64,000 bases of DNA from Chrysemys picta bellii (Eukaryota), in contig NC_088802.1 in NCBI RefSeq assembly GCF_011386835.1, positions 55,304,001-55,368,000 on the forward strand, read 5' to 3'. This document shows, in pieces, positions 60,243 to 64,000 of the stretch. Each line of letters starts with the position of its first letter. Within the stretch, counting starts at the first letter, position 1. The translations under genes were made by a program, and so were the position numbers. The notes beneath the pieces were generated by a model. That model made no database searches. It worked only from the letters and a program-made list of their open reading frames with translations, and was not told the origin of the DNA.

Positions 60243-63200
60243 CTGAAGGAAAGAGCACAAGAAGTGGGAGACATTAGCAAAGCTGGCTGGGCGAGGGACA
60301 ATTAAGAATCTTGCAGCAAGACTGAGCATCTCCAGGTCTGTTTTGTGTACGCACACAGAGTGGCTGATTCACCACATACACACATGCTGCCATGCACAGC
60401 AAAGTCCCAGAAGCAGAGAGTCCTCCCACACAGCCCTCTATAGACAAACACAATCCAAACTTACTGACGTTTTACAAGAGGATATTGGCTGCACATACAC
60501 AGCCCGGTTTTAAGTACAGCAATGTTTTATGAATAATTCCAGACATCACCATGATTTTATTTTCCTAGAAGGATATTTATTTTTTCAGCGCTGGCAATAT
60601 GAAGTCCAAAGAGTAATAGGATCATAGGATGATCTATGATCACAGGAGCTGGGGATAAACTAGAATCATTCCTAAATCAAATGGATAAAGCAGCAGAGTC
60701 GACAAAGCGATCGGGTTGGCTAAATAGAAGTACTGTTCATATTATCTATTTTGTATTTATAACCCATGTATTGTCCTGTCCTTTCTTGAAAGGAGATGAA
60801 GTATCAGAAGGACACATCGGTGGCATTATCAATGTAGAAATATATTTATATTTATGGGGTACCAAGAATGCTTTTGTACCTGGATAGAACACCACGTGGT
60901 AGGTATGCCAAATCGCATTTAGTGAAACTGTATAGAAAAAGGTGTATAAAAGGACCAAAGCACCCACTCATGCATCTTCTTTTGACAGTATCTGCAAAAA
61001 CCTTCTAAAAAACAAAACAAACTGACTGCTTCCCCCTAATTTTTCAGCTTAGTTATAATATTTCAGAACATATGTTTGCTTCAGCTCTCCATATATTATA
61101 ATATGGCAAAATGTGTGCAGTAGAATTTTTAAATAGTTCTAGGCCTCAATGCAAGCTAAAGAGAACGTACACATTAGCTTCTTTCATAGGATACACACAC
61201 CCTCCCTTTTGGAAGAATTTATGGGTAGCAACCACCGCAATCCCAGCTAGAGGGGTGCTATTAAGACAAAGGCAGGCTTCTCTTAGCTTACATTGCATTG
61301 GTCATTACCCAGCAACTGCCGAATCAGCTCAGATTAAGGAAGAGGATGTAAGGAACCTTCGTTTTCTTTCATCATCAAGGGCAACTCCTCCACAGAGCTA
61401 TTCCTCCATGGGCTCCAGCAGTCTGCCATTTGGCACAGAACGGATACCTAGCATGAGACCGAGAACCCAGAGAGCGCCGCAGCCCTCAGCAACCTCCTAG
61501 GAACTTCTCCTTCAGCCTCTCCGGCTGGCACTAGCCATAGAGTCTGTCGTAAAGGGTTAGGGTTTGACATACAGATCTCCGGTTTTGATACAGTCTTTGC
61601 CCATTGAGTGTGAATGGTTGGACAATGGAGCTAATTAGGTGGCAGTCGCAGCCTTTTCCTAGCAGGATGCACATACCATGGCTGATCCAAAACAAAACAC
61701 ACTTACCACTTGCCTGGAATTTGCCTTTAGTAATTTAAAGAACACAGAAACAAACAAAAAAAACTCCGCTTGAACTTTCTCCTGCACTTGTGTGTTCCTA
61801 CAAGCCTCCCCCCAGTACTTCTCTGTCTTAGCCCCTCCCCTCTTCAGAAAGGGGCTTAAACCCCCCTTATGCTACTGTGGGCACCAGTAGGACTCAGCTG
61901 GTCAGAAATAGCAAGTCAGCAGAAATAACTTTATAACCATGCAATAGTCTAGCATCTGGGGGAGTCAGCAAAAGAGCTCTGCCCTAGACCTTGCTACCCT
62001 GTTATAGGAACTTTTAAAAACAAGTGTCAATTACGAGATAATTTAATGCACCGAAGAAGACTTAATCTAGACCAAAAAAATTCAAGAACTAACAAAACAA
62101 GTTAAAGACGGATTAGTCGTTCTGGCTAATCCAGAATTATCTAGTTCTGCACCAGAATCTCACACCCCAAGAGCCACCGTAAGTCAGACCAGCTGCAGAG
62201 CTGACAACGAACACGGCAAAAGGGAACACATTTCAAGGAATGCCCTGGGTATCGTAGGCCAACAGGGAAGCATCAGTCAGATCACTCACACTTGACAGAA
62301 GAGGATTTGGAGTAGGGTATTAAAAAAATGTTATTTAAGAGCAGAGGACAGAATAAATGGCAATCACACACTGAATGCATCCTTCAGGCAGAGTTCACTC
62401 CAGCCTTGGGTCAGGCTGTGAGCCGCAAGGCAGAATCTGTGCTCGGAACGGCTAATGTTGCTGCTTCTCAGTTCTATTGTAGTTGGGAGGGAGGGGACAG
62501 GAAACGCCAATACACCCGAGACACTTTCTGGATAGGGAGGGTATTTTCACTTTAGGGGGAAAGCGCTTGCTTTTTTCCTAGCTCTACATACAGTGATCAG
62601 ATCACTACCAAAAGAATGGATCTTTGTAAGTTTGTAGCAAGCTGTGAATGGTTTGTCCCACCCTGCTCCGCTCCAATAAGTCATTCGATCTCCTTGTAAC
62701 TATGGCATCTTAAAAACTAGACCCAAGTTCTCCAGCTGAGCTCTGTGGGAAGGATAAACAAGTCTCCATCCTCTCACTGACCCTTGAACTAAACTCTGGC
62801 TGTACAGGGGGAGCACCCTGGCAGCTAACACAGGGTAGCTATTGGATATTTGCCTCTCTGTCTTTGTAAAGAGTCCCCCACCCACCTTCAGTAACAAGCA
62901 CTCCGGGATAAGCGAGGGCCTGTCGACAAGGACAGGGGTATGAAATTCAGTTTAATACCTAAATATCTTTGTGCCCCTAAAGTGTATGAGCATTCCCCGT
63001 GGAGAAGGAGGGGGTCACAAGGCTCTCACCCTCACACCAGACTGTTACACATTTCTGGAAGGGGAGGGGAGGAGACAGACAGACCCTTACGTTGAATAAG
63101 CTGATTAAACATCTGTCACCTCATTTGAAGATGGCCAAACACCATAAAGCTCATTTTCCGCCTGAAGCATTTTTATCCTTAGTTCCTGTTCTTTTGAGAC

Positions 63201-64000
63201 GGAGAGACTGTTTACAGTAATTTGCTTCTGCAGATACATCCACAGCCACTGATGTTGATCAGCATTGCTATGTCTTTGCCAACTCAAAAGTTTAGAGCAG
63301 CAGGTTATTAATTTCAATAAGCTGCCATCTCCTCATGGGATACATTTGAGCACAGAGGCTGCAGTTTAATACACTATTTAGTGATAATACTTTAGGCTTC
63401 CATGTTTGTTAGCTCAGGAATGTGTTTTAATCCTCAGCAATGCCAATGGCTTTCCTCCAGCACTTTTCCTAGCAGGCCAGCAAGAGTGAGAAGTGAGCAC
63501 TGAAGCCCAGCAGTGGACCAGGGGAGAGGACCACCTCTGTCCTAGCTAGACACTCATTGCGCTCTGGGAAGCTTTCCAGAGAGACCAAAAGAGCAAACAT
63601 CTAAGACAACATTCATCTAAGCTAGATCCAGCTGTGAAGCCTCGGCATGAACTCCCTCTGCCACCACCTGGGCTTTGAAGGCACTTGAGCAAAAGGTAGA
63701 GACAGAGGGTTAGATTTGCATTGCGCAGTACGCACACAGTACTCCAAGGGGTGAGATATACCCAGGGGGGCTAGAGGGTGAATGTTAAATGTTAGCATGT
63801 TGGGCTAACTAGGAATTTTACTGCTAATTAACACTGTCCGTCAGCCTTTGTCTTTTGGATCAAAATATTTCAGACAAACTTCTACAGCTTTTAGTGAACA
63901 TTCATTGGTAGAGCAAAATGACCCTGTAGCAACAAGCTGTTCCACGGATTATTTTCCACAGTTATAGGAGGCAATTACCTATGAGAAGTTAATTACCACT

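Noticed and set aside
62592-62606. Palindrome AGTGATC-A-GATCACT
   Set aside because: 7-bp arms are expected several times by chance.
60243-64000. BAIAP2 exon 1 (MSLSRSEEMHRLTENVYK-like) or a CpG-island promoter
   Set aside because: Not present; this stretch is part of intron 1.
1-64000. CRISPR arrays, operons, tRNA/rRNA genes, intact transposase or viral ORFs
   Set aside because: No repeat-spacer array, RNA gene or intact mobile-element ORF was seen.

Overview
This is a vertebrate, very probably turtle (Testudines), genomic window; the species call rests on my recollection of turtle repeat families. It holds most of BAIAP2 (IRSp53) on the minus strand. Coding exons 2-13 and the PDZ-motif terminal exon (IRSp53-S type, ending SGNGTLVSTV*) all have GT-AG junctions and consistent phases. 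They sum to 1521 nt, or 506 aa plus stop. Exon 1 lies beyond position 64000, and an AATAAA sits at positions 4-9. Introns are full of CR1 LINEs, hAT and PIF/Harbinger MITEs, MIR-like SINEs and Penelope-like fragments. No prokaryotic-type system, CRISPR array, tRNA or rRNA gene was seen. The best leads are: a candidate 11-nt neural-type microexon in intron 7; decayed hammerhead ribozyme motifs in a Penelope-like element, one sense to the pre-mRNA; concentric inverted CR1 pairs around exons 3-6 (possible circRNA); an intronic polyA signal that could give a PDZ-less isoform; a Tyr178-to-His change; and a 41-bp intronic hairpin. All leads are hypotheses from reading the sequence; no database search was run. 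Exon numbers and human residue numbers come from recalled human BAIAP2.
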